Position numbers and translations under genes: made by a program | Assembly (NCBI GenBank): GCA_964544395.1 | Contig: CAZJAO010000002.1 | Coordinates: 5,071-69,070, forward strand | Direction: 5' to 3' | DNA: 64,000 nucleotides | Source: Candidatus Woesearchaeota archaeon | GTDB taxonomy: Archaea > Nanobdellota > Nanobdellia > Pacearchaeales > GW2011-AR1 | Part shown: piece after piece, positions 7,985 to 17,729 of the stretch | How positions within the stretch are numbered: the first letter of the stretch is position 1 | Layout: each line of letters begins with the position of its first letter | Notes under the pieces: generated by a model | What the model saw: only the letters and a program-made list of their open reading frames with translations | Told to the model about the DNA's origin: nothing | Databases searched by the model: none

Positions 7985-8056
7985 GCGTGGGTAGTATAGC
8001 GGTTAGTATATCTGCCTTCCAAGCAGATGGTCCGGGTCCGACTCCCGGCCTACGCA
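7985..8056 (+). tRNA. tRNA-Gly (anticodon TCC)
   Basis: Acceptor GCGTGGG/CCTACGC. Anticodon arm TCTGC-CTTCCAA-GCAGA. T-arm CCGGG-TCCGACT-CCCGG. Confidence 0.75.
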
Positions 8057-8063
8057 TAATACA

Positions 8064-9116
8064 ATGGAAGAAAAGAAAAAATTTATTTCAAGATTTAGGG
8101 AAGCTTACGACAAGCATTACAAACTTCTTATAATACTCACAGCACTGCTCATAATTCTTTCTTTTGCATCAATGGCGATTTTCTATGTGCATAATCATGA
8201 TTTTATTTACAAAGATATTTCTCTATTGGGTGGAACTTCTGTAACGGTTTATGGAACTAATTTTAACATAAATCAAATGAAGCAAGATCTGACAAAATCT
8301 TTGGGGGATATTGATATCAATTCTTTAAAAGATGTTTTTACACAGCAGCAGAAAGCCATTGTCATCCAAACAAGCTTGGATGCAAAAACAGTAAAGCCTA
8401 TTTTGGAAAGTTATCTGGGCTATAGTTTGACTGATCAAAATAGTAGTTTTGAATCTACAAGCTCTTCTCTTGGTAGCGGATTTTATCAACAACTTTTGGT
8501 TGCAGTTTTGATTGCTTTCAGTTTTATGGGTGTTGTTGTGTATTTCCTTTTCGGAAAAGGCAAGTGGATTAAAATGCTTTTAATCCTATTAGCAATTCTC
8601 TCACCATTTCTTTTCTTTGTATTAAGGGCAGTTTCAATTGACTTCGCATTAATTCTTTCTCTGGCTACACTCCTAGTCAGTCTATTTATTTATTGGAAAT
8701 TTAATGTTCCTAGCTTTGCAGTAGTACTATCGGCATTCGCAGATATTTTGATGACCTTAGTCGTTATTGATCTAATGGGTATGAAATTATCTTCTGCAGG
8801 TATAATTGCATTCCTGATGTTAATTGGGTATTCAGTGGATACAGATATTCTCCTTACCAATCGAGTGTTAAAAGCGACAACCGGTTCGGTTAATCATAGA
8901 ATTTTTGGCGCATTCAAAACAGGAATAACAATGACAATTACAGCAATACTTGCAGTTCTTGCTGCTTTGTTTTTGATAAGTTCATTTTCTAACACGATGG
9001 CACAAATCTTCACAATCCTCGCAATCGGATTATGCTTTGATATATACAATACTTGGATTACAAATGCTTGTATAATTAAATGGTATGCCACTAAGAAAAA
9101 TGAAATTAAATCTTAA
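8064..9116 (+). CDS. secF: Protein-export membrane protein SecF
   Basis: A TM segment precedes a periplasmic domain (DISLLGGTSVTV is like the GIDFTGG motif) and a 6-TM C-terminus. It lies immediately upstream of secD, as in archaea. Confidence 0.7.
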   Translation: MEEKKKFISRFREAYDKHYKLLIILTALLIILSFASMAIFYVHNHDFIYKDISLLGGTSVTVYGTNFNINQMKQDLTKSLGDIDINSLKDVFTQQQKAIVIQTSLDAKTVKPILESYLGYSLTDQNSSFESTSSSLGSGFYQQLLVAVLIAFSFMGVVVYFLFGKGKWIKMLLILLAILSPFLFFVLRAVSIDFALILSLATLLVSLFIYWKFNVPSFAVVLSAFADILMTLVVIDLMGMKLSSAGIIAFLMLIGYSVDTDILLTNRVLKATTGSVNHRIFGAFKTGITMTITAILAVLAALFLISSFSNTMAQIFTILAIGLCFDIYNTWITNACIIKWYATKKNEIKS

Positions 9117-10632
9117 ATTAACTTGGAAAATCTGGTTGCTGATTATATCCCTGATTTTAGCGCTTCTTTCTATCTTTGCTACTCCTTATTTATTTCAAAA
9201 TGGAGTTGTTATTTCTGGAATAACTCAAAATTCAACTGCTTCAGTGCAAGGATTCAAAGTGGGAGCAGTAATAAATTCAATTAATGGAAATCCTGTAAAA
9301 AATATAGATGATTATTCTACAATACTTCAAAATGTTTTCATCTCTAACAGCAGCCAAAAAGTTACATTTGGTACAAATCAGGGGCAGGTGATTTATTATT
9401 CAAATCTTCCTCCAGAGATAATTGTCAAGAGCATTTCCCCGACAAATCTTAAAACTGGTTTGGACCTTTCCGGAGGAGCAAGTGCACTAGTTAAGGCAGA
9501 GAATCAATCTTTGACTTCAGATCAGGCAAGTGAGATAGCTCAGATGATAAGTAACCGATTGAATGTTTATGGACTTGAAGACATAAAGGTTTCTCCAATT
9601 TCAGATTTGAGTGGAAATAATTACATCAGCATTCAGATTGCCGGTGCGACTCCTCAAGATTTGGATAATTTAATTTCTCAGCAAGGAAAGTTTGAAGCAA
9701 GAATCGGTGATCAAATAGTTTTCCAGGGAGAAAAGCAGGATATTTCCTCGGTTGCAACTTCAGGACAGCAGTCTGGTTTACAAACCTGCAATCAGCAAAC
9801 AGATGGCTCTTATACTTGCACCTTTAATTTTGCAGTTTATCTAAGTCAGACTGCTGCAACAAGAGCAGCTCAGCTTACGCAGAATCTTACAATTAATCAT
9901 ACCCCCAATGGGGATTATCTTTCCACGCCTCTTGATTTATACCTCGATGGCCAGAAAATAGACAGTCTGCAAATTAGTGCAGACCTCAAAGGAGTTGTTA
10001 CAACTCAAGTTTCGATCCAGGGTTACGGTATTGGAACAACTCAGACCAATGCTGTTGATAATGCCACATCTGAAATGAAAAGACTTCAGACAATACTTCA
10101 GACAGGAAGTTTACCATTCAAATTAGATATCGTTCAAGAAAATACGATCTCTCCACTTTTAGGTCAGAATTTCACAAATACTATTTTAATTGCTGCGGCA
10201 GTTGCAATCCTTGCAGTTTCAATTGTCATATTCATAAGATACAGAAAATTAAAAGAATCTCTAGCGGTGATATTAACAAGCGTTTCTGAAATAATCATTA
10301 TTTTAGGAATTGCAGCATTGATAGGATGGAATCTTGACCTGCCAAGTATTGCGGGAATATTAGCTACAATTGGAACAGGAATTGATAGCCAGATAATTAT
10401 TATTGATGAAGCAAGATCTAAGATCTTAAACATAAAACAAAGATTGAAAAGAGCATTCGCAATTATTCTGGGTTCTTACTTCACTGCATTCGTGTCCCTG
10501 ATTCCATTATACTGGGCTGTAGCAGGATTCTTTAAGGGATTTGCATTCACAACAATTATCGGAATAACTGTTGGAATATTGATAACAAGACCTGCATTCG
10601 TAGATATAATTAATAAGATTGAGAAAGATTAA
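9085..10632 (+). CDS. secD: Protein-export membrane protein SecD
   Basis: It has a large extracytoplasmic domain with GLDLSGGASALV (like GLDLRGG) and a C-terminal 6-TM bundle. Confidence 0.75.
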   Translation: MPLRKMKLNLKLTWKIWLLIISLILALLSIFATPYLFQNGVVISGITQNSTASVQGFKVGAVINSINGNPVKNIDDYSTILQNVFISNSSQKVTFGTNQGQVIYYSNLPPEIIVKSISPTNLKTGLDLSGGASALVKAENQSLTSDQASEIAQMISNRLNVYGLEDIKVSPISDLSGNNYISIQIAGATPQDLDNLISQQGKFEARIGDQIVFQGEKQDISSVATSGQQSGLQTCNQQTDGSYTCTFNFAVYLSQTAATRAAQLTQNLTINHTPNGDYLSTPLDLYLDGQKIDSLQISADLKGVVTTQVSIQGYGIGTTQTNAVDNATSEMKRLQTILQTGSLPFKLDIVQENTISPLLGQNFTNTILIAAAVAILAVSIVIFIRYRKLKESLAVILTSVSEIIIILGIAALIGWNLDLPSIAGILATIGTGIDSQIIIIDEARSKILNIKQRLKRAFAIILGSYFTAFVSLIPLYWAVAGFFKGFAFTTIIGITVGILITRPAFVDIINKIEKD

Positions 10633-10709
10633 GAATTAATTAATGTATATTTTGAAGAAGTGATTTTGAATATCATAATCTTTAAAAGTAAATTACTTTT
10701 TCTCTTAGT

Positions 10710-11702
10710 ATGAATAAAGTCTTGGTGGCTGGGGCTGCGGGATTCATAGGGCATCATCTTGTAAATTATCTTAAAGACCAAGGAAATTGGGTGAGGGGGG
10801 TCGATATAAAACCAATAGAATACCCGACACATGCCGATGATTTCTTACAAAGAGATTTGAGGAGTAGAGATAATTGTCTTGAAGCTTTAACTTTGCCTCA
10901 TGGAGAACCATTTGATGAAGTCTACCAACTTGCAGCGGACATGGGTGGTGCGGAGTACATTTTTAGTGGCAAACATGATCTTGATGTAATGCACAATTCA
11001 GCTCAGATAAATTTAAATTTTGCAGACTTAAATCAACTTTTCAAGAGACTATTTTATTCTTCGTCAGCTTGCATATATCCCCAAGATATACAAAAAGACG
11101 TAGAAAATACGGGCCTAAGAGAGGAATTTGCATATCCTGCAAATCCCGATTCCGAATATGGCTGGGAAAAAATTTTCAGTGAAAGATTATACCTTACTAT
11201 GATGAGAAATAAAGGTGTGCCCGTAAGAATCGCACGATTTCATAATATTTTCGGACCAGAGGGAACTTGGAAAGGGGGGAGAGAAAAAGCCCCGGCAGCT
11301 ATGTGCAGAAAAGTAGCAGAAGTAGAAAATGGGGGAAGAGTGGAAATATGGGGAGATGGAGAACAAACCAGATCTTTCTTATACATTGATGAGTGTGTTG
11401 AAGGAATCTACAAACTAATGCACTCAGATTTTACTGGTCCCGTTAATATCGGCTCTGAAGAAATGATTTCAATAACTAATCTTGTTTACATGGCCGCAGA
11501 TATTGCAGGGAAAAAAGTAGAAATACAGCATGACTTAAATCCAAATGCTCCTCTTGGAGTTAGAGGAAGAAATTCGCAAAACGATTTGATAAAAGAAAAA
11601 TTAAACTGGGCCCCCAGTTTTCCGCTTAGAAAGGGAATGGAAAAAACTTATTCGTGGGTTGAAGAACAAGTGAAAAAAGATATGAATGTTCATAAGGAAT
11701 AA
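10710..11702 (+). CDS. GDP-mannose 3,5-epimerase (GME-type extended SDR)
   Basis: VLVAGAAGFIGHH...YSSSACIYP...FHNIFGPEGTWKGGREKAPAAMCRKV...WGDGEQTRSF...VRGRNSQNDLIKEKLNWAP. The alignment with plant and bacterial GME is near collinear. Confidence 0.8.
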   Translation: MNKVLVAGAAGFIGHHLVNYLKDQGNWVRGVDIKPIEYPTHADDFLQRDLRSRDNCLEALTLPHGEPFDEVYQLAADMGGAEYIFSGKHDLDVMHNSAQINLNFADLNQLFKRLFYSSSACIYPQDIQKDVENTGLREEFAYPANPDSEYGWEKIFSERLYLTMMRNKGVPVRIARFHNIFGPEGTWKGGREKAPAAMCRKVAEVENGGRVEIWGDGEQTRSFLYIDECVEGIYKLMHSDFTGPVNIGSEEMISITNLVYMAADIAGKKVEIQHDLNPNAPLGVRGRNSQNDLIKEKLNWAPSFPLRKGMEKTYSWVEEQVKKDMNVHKE

Positions 11703-11726
11703 AAAGCGAGTTTTACTATTAACTTC

Positions 11727-13109
11727 ATGAAGATTTTCAAAAAAGAGGGAATCGTCTATGATGTTTTTAACAGAATTAGATTAAGAGACTTCTCCGGAAA
11801 CACAGGATTAGCAATTAAGAATAGTAGTTTTCAATTTTTCACTAATGCTGTTTCAAAAGTTGGAACACTTTTGTTCACTGTGATTATTGCAAGGCTATTG
11901 ATGCCAGAATTATTTGGACTTTACAGCTTGGCATTCTCAACAATTCTCCTTTTTGCCACAATATCTGATTTTGGAATTGGAAGCACTTTAGTGAGATTCA
12001 TTTCAAAAGAAATAGAAAGGCGAAATTTGAAGAAAGTTCGGGCTTATTTGTCTTATTTAGGAAAAATAAAATTTTTTATTATCTCTGTTTTAATCGTCGT
12101 TTTAGTTGTATCTGCAAGATTTATTTCTAACACTTTTTATAACAAGCCAATCTTTCTGGCTTTAATCGCGGGAACACTGTATATTTTATTCTATGGATTA
12201 ACCCTTCTACTGCAATCAGTTCTGCAATCCTTTAACAAATTCCGAGCTATCTTTTTTGGGGAAACTATATTCCAATTTTTCAGGATTATTTTAATATCTT
12301 TAGCAGTTTTATTGTCTTTGAAATTTGCACTTTCAAATGAACTCTTACTGTTTTATCTATTTCTAGCTCTTGGAGTTTCGTATCTCCTTGTAGCCCTCTT
12401 TTTAGGATATATACTTATTAGAAAAGTAAAAATCTTTGGGGCTGAAAAATTAGTCCTTTCCGGAAAACAAAAGAAACAGACAAATAAATTCCTGATTGCA
12501 TTATCTGCTTCTACTCTCTCGGGAATCTTATTCAGTTATATCGATAGGATTATGCTTGGGCATTTCGTGGCTGCAGAATTCATCGGTTACTATACTATCG
12601 CTCTCAGCTTTGTCAGTGCTGCGTCCGTATTTGCTGGATTTGGAAGCGCTTTATTGCCAATATTTAGCAGAGTAAATAAAAATAAATTAGAAATCGGATT
12701 TAAAAAATCAATTAAGCTTTCGTTGATTTTCGGGATAGTATCAACAATTTTAATCCTGATTTTAGCCTCTCCAATAATCTCTATTATTTATGGGAGAGAA
12801 TATCTGGCTGCAACAAATCTTCTGAGATTACTATCTCTATCTTTCTTTACCCTTCCTTTAAGCGGCTTGTATACAGTATATTTTATGTCTAGGAATAAGC
12901 CCCAGATTATTGCGAAACTTTCCATAATCTCTACCGTACTCAATATAGTTCTGAATTATCTCCTTATTACAACCTTATTAGGATATAGCAGTTTTGCAGC
13001 TACTTTTGGAGCAGGAATAGCTCTTTTGTTAAGCCAATTTTTCTACATAGCTGCCTTAGAGATTGCAAGAAGAAGAGATTTAAAAAAAGAAAACAAACCA
13101 ATAGAATAG
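11727..13109 (+). CDS. Oligosaccharide flippase (Wzx/MOP superfamily, AglR-like)
   Basis: About 12-14 predicted TM helices across 460 aa. The architecture is typical of polysaccharide-biosynthesis flippases. Confidence 0.6.
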   Translation: MKIFKKEGIVYDVFNRIRLRDFSGNTGLAIKNSSFQFFTNAVSKVGTLLFTVIIARLLMPELFGLYSLAFSTILLFATISDFGIGSTLVRFISKEIERRNLKKVRAYLSYLGKIKFFIISVLIVVLVVSARFISNTFYNKPIFLALIAGTLYILFYGLTLLLQSVLQSFNKFRAIFFGETIFQFFRIILISLAVLLSLKFALSNELLLFYLFLALGVSYLLVALFLGYILIRKVKIFGAEKLVLSGKQKKQTNKFLIALSASTLSGILFSYIDRIMLGHFVAAEFIGYYTIALSFVSAASVFAGFGSALLPIFSRVNKNKLEIGFKKSIKLSLIFGIVSTILILILASPIISIIYGREYLAATNLLRLLSLSFFTLPLSGLYTVYFMSRNKPQIIAKLSIISTVLNIVLNYLLITTLLGYSSFAATFGAGIALLLSQFFYIAALEIARRRDLKKENKPIE

Positions 13110-13164
13110 GGAGTATGTATTGATGCTTCATAATCTTTAAAAATAGAACAAATTTATCACTTTT

Positions 13165-13863
13165 ATGACGGAAAAATATTCTAGCGTTGCAATTATTCCA
13201 TTCAAAGAAAACAGTGAGAGAGTTCCAGGAAAGAACTTTAAAACTTTTGGGGGACAGCCGCTTTATCAGCATATTATTCAGAAAGCTTTGAAGAGCAATT
13301 TGGAAAAAATATTCATATGTACAAACAGCGAATCCGCGAGAGAAGAAGTTAAAAAAATGGGCCCCCGAGTGGAGATTCTTGGATGTCCTGATTGGTACTT
13401 TGGCAAAACTATTACTGGAGATAAGTTACTATCTGTTCCCGCAAAGGCAATTGATGCGGATATTTATGTTCAACTTTTTGCTACAGCCCCTTTCTTAAGA
13501 CCAGAGACAATTAATGATGCCATAAGCACTCTTCAAGAGAGAACAGAGTATGATTCTGTTTTAACTGTAATGAATAAACATGATTGGGCCTGGTATAAGG
13601 GAAATCCTATTACATATTATCCGGGAAATCTTCCTCGTTCTCAGGATGCTTCGCCTCTTGTGGTTGAATCTACGGGATTATATGCTATGACAAAAGAATC
13701 TTTGTTAAATTTGCAAAGAAGAGTCGGAAATCATCCTTATTTTTTGGAAGTGGATGAAATAGAGGGTTGGGATATTGATACTCCATTACAATTTAAATTA
13801 GCTGAACTATTCATTGAAAATATAGGTGAGATGGAAAAACTAACTAACAAAAAATATTTTTAA
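13165..13863 (+). CDS. Acylneuraminate/CMP-sugar cytidylyltransferase family protein (NeuA/KdsB-like)
   Basis: The N-terminus VAIIPFKENSERVPGKNFKTFGGQPL matches the AIIPAR.xS.RxPxKN...G.PL motif of the CMP-sugar synthetase family. Confidence 0.65.
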   Translation: MTEKYSSVAIIPFKENSERVPGKNFKTFGGQPLYQHIIQKALKSNLEKIFICTNSESAREEVKKMGPRVEILGCPDWYFGKTITGDKLLSVPAKAIDADIYVQLFATAPFLRPETINDAISTLQERTEYDSVLTVMNKHDWAWYKGNPITYYPGNLPRSQDASPLVVESTGLYAMTKESLLNLQRRVGNHPYFLEVDEIEGWDIDTPLQFKLAELFIENIGEMEKLTNKKYF

Positions 13864-13872
13864 TTATCAAAA

Positions 13873-14772
13873 TTATTTTTCTTTTTTAATAAAATCCAGA
13901 ACCTGAATGATTCCTCTTCCCAAATCAACGCAAGGATTATTTATCAGTTTTTGAGGAATATCTTCATAATAAGAATAAGGCGTCACTTTGTAATGGGATT
14001 GTCTTTTTGACTTAGAAACTTCTGATAGATATTCAATCTTGATATTTCCCCCCATTATTTCAACTATCATGGAAAATAAATCACAAACTTTGATGGGGTT
14101 GCCACCGGTTATTATAACTGTTTTATTTCGATATTCATCATTTAATATTTTTAGACTCAATTTTGCAGCATCGGATAGATGAATATATTCTCGTGTTTCA
14201 GAACCATCTCCAGGATATTTTATTATTCCTGTTGTAGCAGCTTCTTTTAGATAACGATACATGCTATTCTTTGCGCTATCCCCCTTACCATAAAGAGTTC
14301 CATATTGTAGGATAGTATAATCTAGTCCATATTGGTTCTGAAATTCTTTTACAAGATGTTCTGAAGCTTTTTTTGTAGATGAATAAATTCCTCCAGAGTT
14401 TCCTTGAGCATAAAGACTGCTGGCATAGACGAATCTTTTTATGCCATTATTTTTACAAGCTTCCATAATTATGCTATTGCCAAGAATATTGTATTTAATC
14501 GCCTCAAGTGGTTTTTCTATGCATTCTCCAATGTCTGCCATTGCCGCTAGATTATAGACTATATCTGAATTTTTAACAGCCTCATTAACTTTGGAATCAT
14601 CTAAAATATCTCCAATAATCATGTGGACACTTCCAAGAAATTTGTCATCAACATTTTTCCTATCAAAAACAGATACTTCATACTCCACATTAAGACACTC
14701 TGCAATCAGCGCATTTCCTAAAAAGCCGCTTCCCCCAAAAATTAATATGCGATTTCCAGATTTATTATCCAT
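13873..14772 (-). CDS. NAD-dependent epimerase/dehydratase (extended SDR)
   Basis: ILIFGGSGFLGNAL Rossmann motif and YSSTK catalytic dyad. Confidence 0.7.
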   Translation of the reverse strand: MDNKSGNRILIFGGSGFLGNALIAECLNVEYEVSVFDRKNVDDKFLGSVHMIIGDILDDSKVNEAVKNSDIVYNLAAMADIGECIEKPLEAIKYNILGNSIIMEACKNNGIKRFVYASSLYAQGNSGGIYSSTKKASEHLVKEFQNQYGLDYTILQYGTLYGKGDSAKNSMYRYLKEAATTGIIKYPGDGSETREYIHLSDAAKLSLKILNDEYRNKTVIITGGNPIKVCDLFSMIVEIMGGNIKIEYLSEVSKSKRQSHYKVTPYSYYEDIPQKLINNPCVDLGRGIIQVLDFIKKEK

Positions 14773-14789
14773 AGAATTTTTCTCTTTTA

Positions 14790-15734
14790 TTAGATGACAC
14801 GAGAGTTAAACTCCTGCCCCATGATAAGATTTAAAACTTCTTTTGTAGCTCCTGTTTCCATATCATATCTGCTTTTTACAGTACAACTGCCTATATGAGG
14901 AGTGATATAACAATTTGTCAAATCTTTAAGACCCCCCCGATAAGGTTCTTCAACAAAACTATCCAGTGCTGCAGATGCATTTGGATTTGATAATAGCCAT
15001 TTGTAAAGAGCGGATTCTTCTACAATCCCCCCTCTTGAGAGGTTCATTAATATAGCCTCTTTTTTCATCTTGTCTAGTTCTCTATAAGAAATAAAATCCT
15101 TGTTGGCTTTGTTTAAAGGTATATGCAAGGTCACAATATCGCATTTCTGGAGTATTCCATCAAGAGAAGAAATTTTGCCGGGTTCAACATCCTTTAACTG
15201 ATTGGCATCTATATCATTTATATAAATCTCTCGCGGATTGAATCCTTTTAATTTATTTGCAACTAATTTGCCAATTCGTCCATATCCAACTATTCCTACA
15301 GAACATTCAGTCAAATCTTTTCCAATATATCTGTTCCACTCTCCTGCCCTAACTCCTGCATCAGTATTCTGAATTCTTCTTAGCATATTTATCATCTGAC
15401 CTATTGTTAATTCTGCCACGGCATTAGAAGGCGCATCCGGAGTATATGTTACAGCTATTCCTCTTTTCTTGCATTCATCAAGGTCTACAGAATCTAAGCC
15501 TATTCCAACTCTTGCAATCAATTTCAAACTGGGGCATAAGTCCAAAACTTTTTTATTATAGAGCTCTATTCCTGCTATGATTGCATCTGGATTCTCTTTT
15601 GCTAAAAAGTCCATCATAGCCGTTTCTGTTATTTTTCTTTCAAAAGGATTGTATATAACATTTTGTCCTTCCAACAGTTTTCGAGATTCTTCTCCAAAAG
15701 GGTGTGTTCCAACAATAATCTTCAAATCTTTCAT
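14790..15734 (-). CDS. D-isomer-specific 2-hydroxyacid dehydrogenase (phosphoglycerate/glyoxylate reductase-like)
   Basis: GIVGYGRIGKLVANKL NAD-binding motif. A catalytic-domain Arg/Glu/His arrangement (SRGG...E...HIG) is present. Confidence 0.7.
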   Translation of the reverse strand: MKDLKIIVGTHPFGEESRKLLEGQNVIYNPFERKITETAMMDFLAKENPDAIIAGIELYNKKVLDLCPSLKLIARVGIGLDSVDLDECKKRGIAVTYTPDAPSNAVAELTIGQMINMLRRIQNTDAGVRAGEWNRYIGKDLTECSVGIVGYGRIGKLVANKLKGFNPREIYINDIDANQLKDVEPGKISSLDGILQKCDIVTLHIPLNKANKDFISYRELDKMKKEAILMNLSRGGIVEESALYKWLLSNPNASAALDSFVEEPYRGGLKDLTNCYITPHIGSCTVKSRYDMETGATKEVLNLIMGQEFNSRVI

Positions 15735-15778
15735 ATTTCTTCTTCTGAATTCTATTTTTTAAAGATTGTGTATCCCAA

Positions 15779-17134
15779 TTACATAACTGATTTTTTATAG
15801 AACTCTAAAATCTTCTTATTAATACTTTCGTAATATATTTGAGAGGGGTCTTTCTTTGAATCAAAATACATATTTTCATTCAATTCTTTTTTATAGAATT
15901 TAATCTGATTTTTATAGGAAGATTTATCTTTTAATTTATTAAAAATCCTGTCTAAACTAAGTAAATCTATGAACTTATCGTCGCTTTCCCATAAATCTTT
16001 CAATGCTTTATCTCCAAATCTGAATATTGGGATTGCATAAAGAAGAGCCTCATAAGCGATAGTGGTGTTATGAATAACTACAAAATCACTTTTTTCTAAG
16101 ATCTCTTTAACTTCGACATTTTTACCCAATGGATGAATATTTGTTTCAGAAATCAGATAAGTATAATTATTTATATCATCCATAGGATGAGCCGTTATAT
16201 CCAAAGTTATTTCAGGATGTTCTCTTGCAAATGCATTCAAGGTTTTTACAATCTCTTTGTTGCTTTCTTCATTTCCTTTTACACTTAAAAAAATTGCTGC
16301 CCTTTTGGGATTAAATTCTTCTTTTTCTTTTTTTATGTCTTTAATGGAATATTTTGGATTTCCTGCAATAATCAATCTTTTTTTATCAACATATTTTTCT
16401 TGAATCTCATAAGTGCTCATCCCCCACACGAGATTATAATCCGAGATTATGTTTTCATTGAGTATGCTTATTGGATTAAAGTCGGGATATTCTATAGTAA
16501 AACCATGCTGAAGATTAAATGTTGGTCTTCTCTCTTTCTTATGTATTAGGGTCATTATAGAATCTTCTCCAAATGCCTGCGAACAGAATGCAATATAGGC
16601 TTTAGGAGCATACTCATTATAAATTTCGTAAAACTGTTCTATTTTTCTGAATCTGGAATAAGTTCTGGTTAAAAAAAGAGAATAATATTTGCCAAGAGTA
16701 GCTTTCAGATTTGCTTCTCTGAATTTCTTCCAGATACCAAATAGTAAGGGAAGATTTGGGAAGCTAAAATGTCCTCTAAGAAATAAGTTTTTTAGCTTAT
16801 TTTCATAACAATCAAGCAAAAGAATTTTGTCCTCGGGGAATTTTTCTATGGCCTTTAGAAAGAATTCATGATGATCTTTTCGGGGCATAAAATAAGATGC
16901 CAGAATTCCGCCCGGGATACCCTTTACAGGATAATGTTCTTTGAAGAAGAGATATTTTATCTTTTTTGCAAATCTCTCAAAAAAACCAACATTCTGATTT
17001 TTATAAAAAGTGTAAGTCTCATCAGCCATTATTGGCCAAAGACCGATCCCCCTATGCTCCATCTTTGAAAAGAACTCTTTTAAAGTTTTAATAAATGGAA
17101 TTTTCTCAGACCATAAGTCTTTCTCATTTATCAT
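15779..17134 (-). CDS. Hypothetical protein, possibly a GT-B-like or capsule-biosynthesis-type transferase.
   Basis: 451 aa with no clear motifs. The C-terminal half (VVIHNTTIAYEALLYAIPI) resembles the donor-binding domain of GT-B or Capsule_synth-like proteins. This is a weak call. Confidence 0.25.
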   Translation of the reverse strand: MINEKDLWSEKIPFIKTLKEFFSKMEHRGIGLWPIMADETYTFYKNQNVGFFERFAKKIKYLFFKEHYPVKGIPGGILASYFMPRKDHHEFFLKAIEKFPEDKILLLDCYENKLKNLFLRGHFSFPNLPLLFGIWKKFREANLKATLGKYYSLFLTRTYSRFRKIEQFYEIYNEYAPKAYIAFCSQAFGEDSIMTLIHKKERRPTFNLQHGFTIEYPDFNPISILNENIISDYNLVWGMSTYEIQEKYVDKKRLIIAGNPKYSIKDIKKEKEEFNPKRAAIFLSVKGNEESNKEIVKTLNAFAREHPEITLDITAHPMDDINNYTYLISETNIHPLGKNVEVKEILEKSDFVVIHNTTIAYEALLYAIPIFRFGDKALKDLWESDDKFIDLLSLDRIFNKLKDKSSYKNQIKFYKKELNENMYFDSKKDPSQIYYESINKKILEFYKKSVM

Positions 17135-17729
17135 TTTTAACTACCCACCAGTCCGTTCTTGAGATTGTTGGTATTATTTTGGTTTTATTGGAAAATTCAA
17201 AAAGTGCTCGAAGAATATCTTTGTTGAATTTTTTATTAACTATATCATGTCCGGCCAGAATTCCATTCGGCTTAACCTTTGGAAAATAATTATCAATGTC
17301 CCTTTTTACATATTCATAGTCATGATTCCCATCAATGTAAATAAAATCCGCTTCAGGAATTTCTTTCACTGCATCATCTGAAAATTTTCTGATAAATACT
17401 ACTCTATCTTTATACTTCCCTAATTTCTTCTGCGTATCAAGGTACATTTTAGGTAGCCCCTTCTCGCTTGTTTCGGAATCTCTTTTTTTGTATTCTTCAT
17501 AAGATTGATAGGGGTCTATTACATAGAGTTTCTTGACGTTCAACTCTTTAAACATATTAAGTGCATTCTCGCCTTTGTACGTCCCAATTTCGACAACAGT
17601 GATTGGCTTATTGTTAAAATAATTCTTGGCAAATCTTACTGAATGCCTTGGGAAAGGTCTTACAAAGTTTATATTAAATTTCTTTCCAAGCATTTCATTA
17701 ACTTCGTGAAGTATCTTTAAATTTCTCAT
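17124..17729 (-). CDS. Class I SAM-dependent methyltransferase
   Basis: VVEIGTYKGENAL is SAM motif I. IYIDGNHDYEYV is typical of the Methyltransf_24/O-MT family. Confidence 0.55.
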   Translation of the reverse strand: MRNLKILHEVNEMLGKKFNINFVRPFPRHSVRFAKNYFNNKPITVVEIGTYKGENALNMFKELNVKKLYVIDPYQSYEEYKKRDSETSEKGLPKMYLDTQKKLGKYKDRVVFIRKFSDDAVKEIPEADFIYIDGNHDYEYVKRDIDNYFPKVKPNGILAGHDIVNKKFNKDILRALFEFSNKTKIIPTISRTDWWVVKNDK

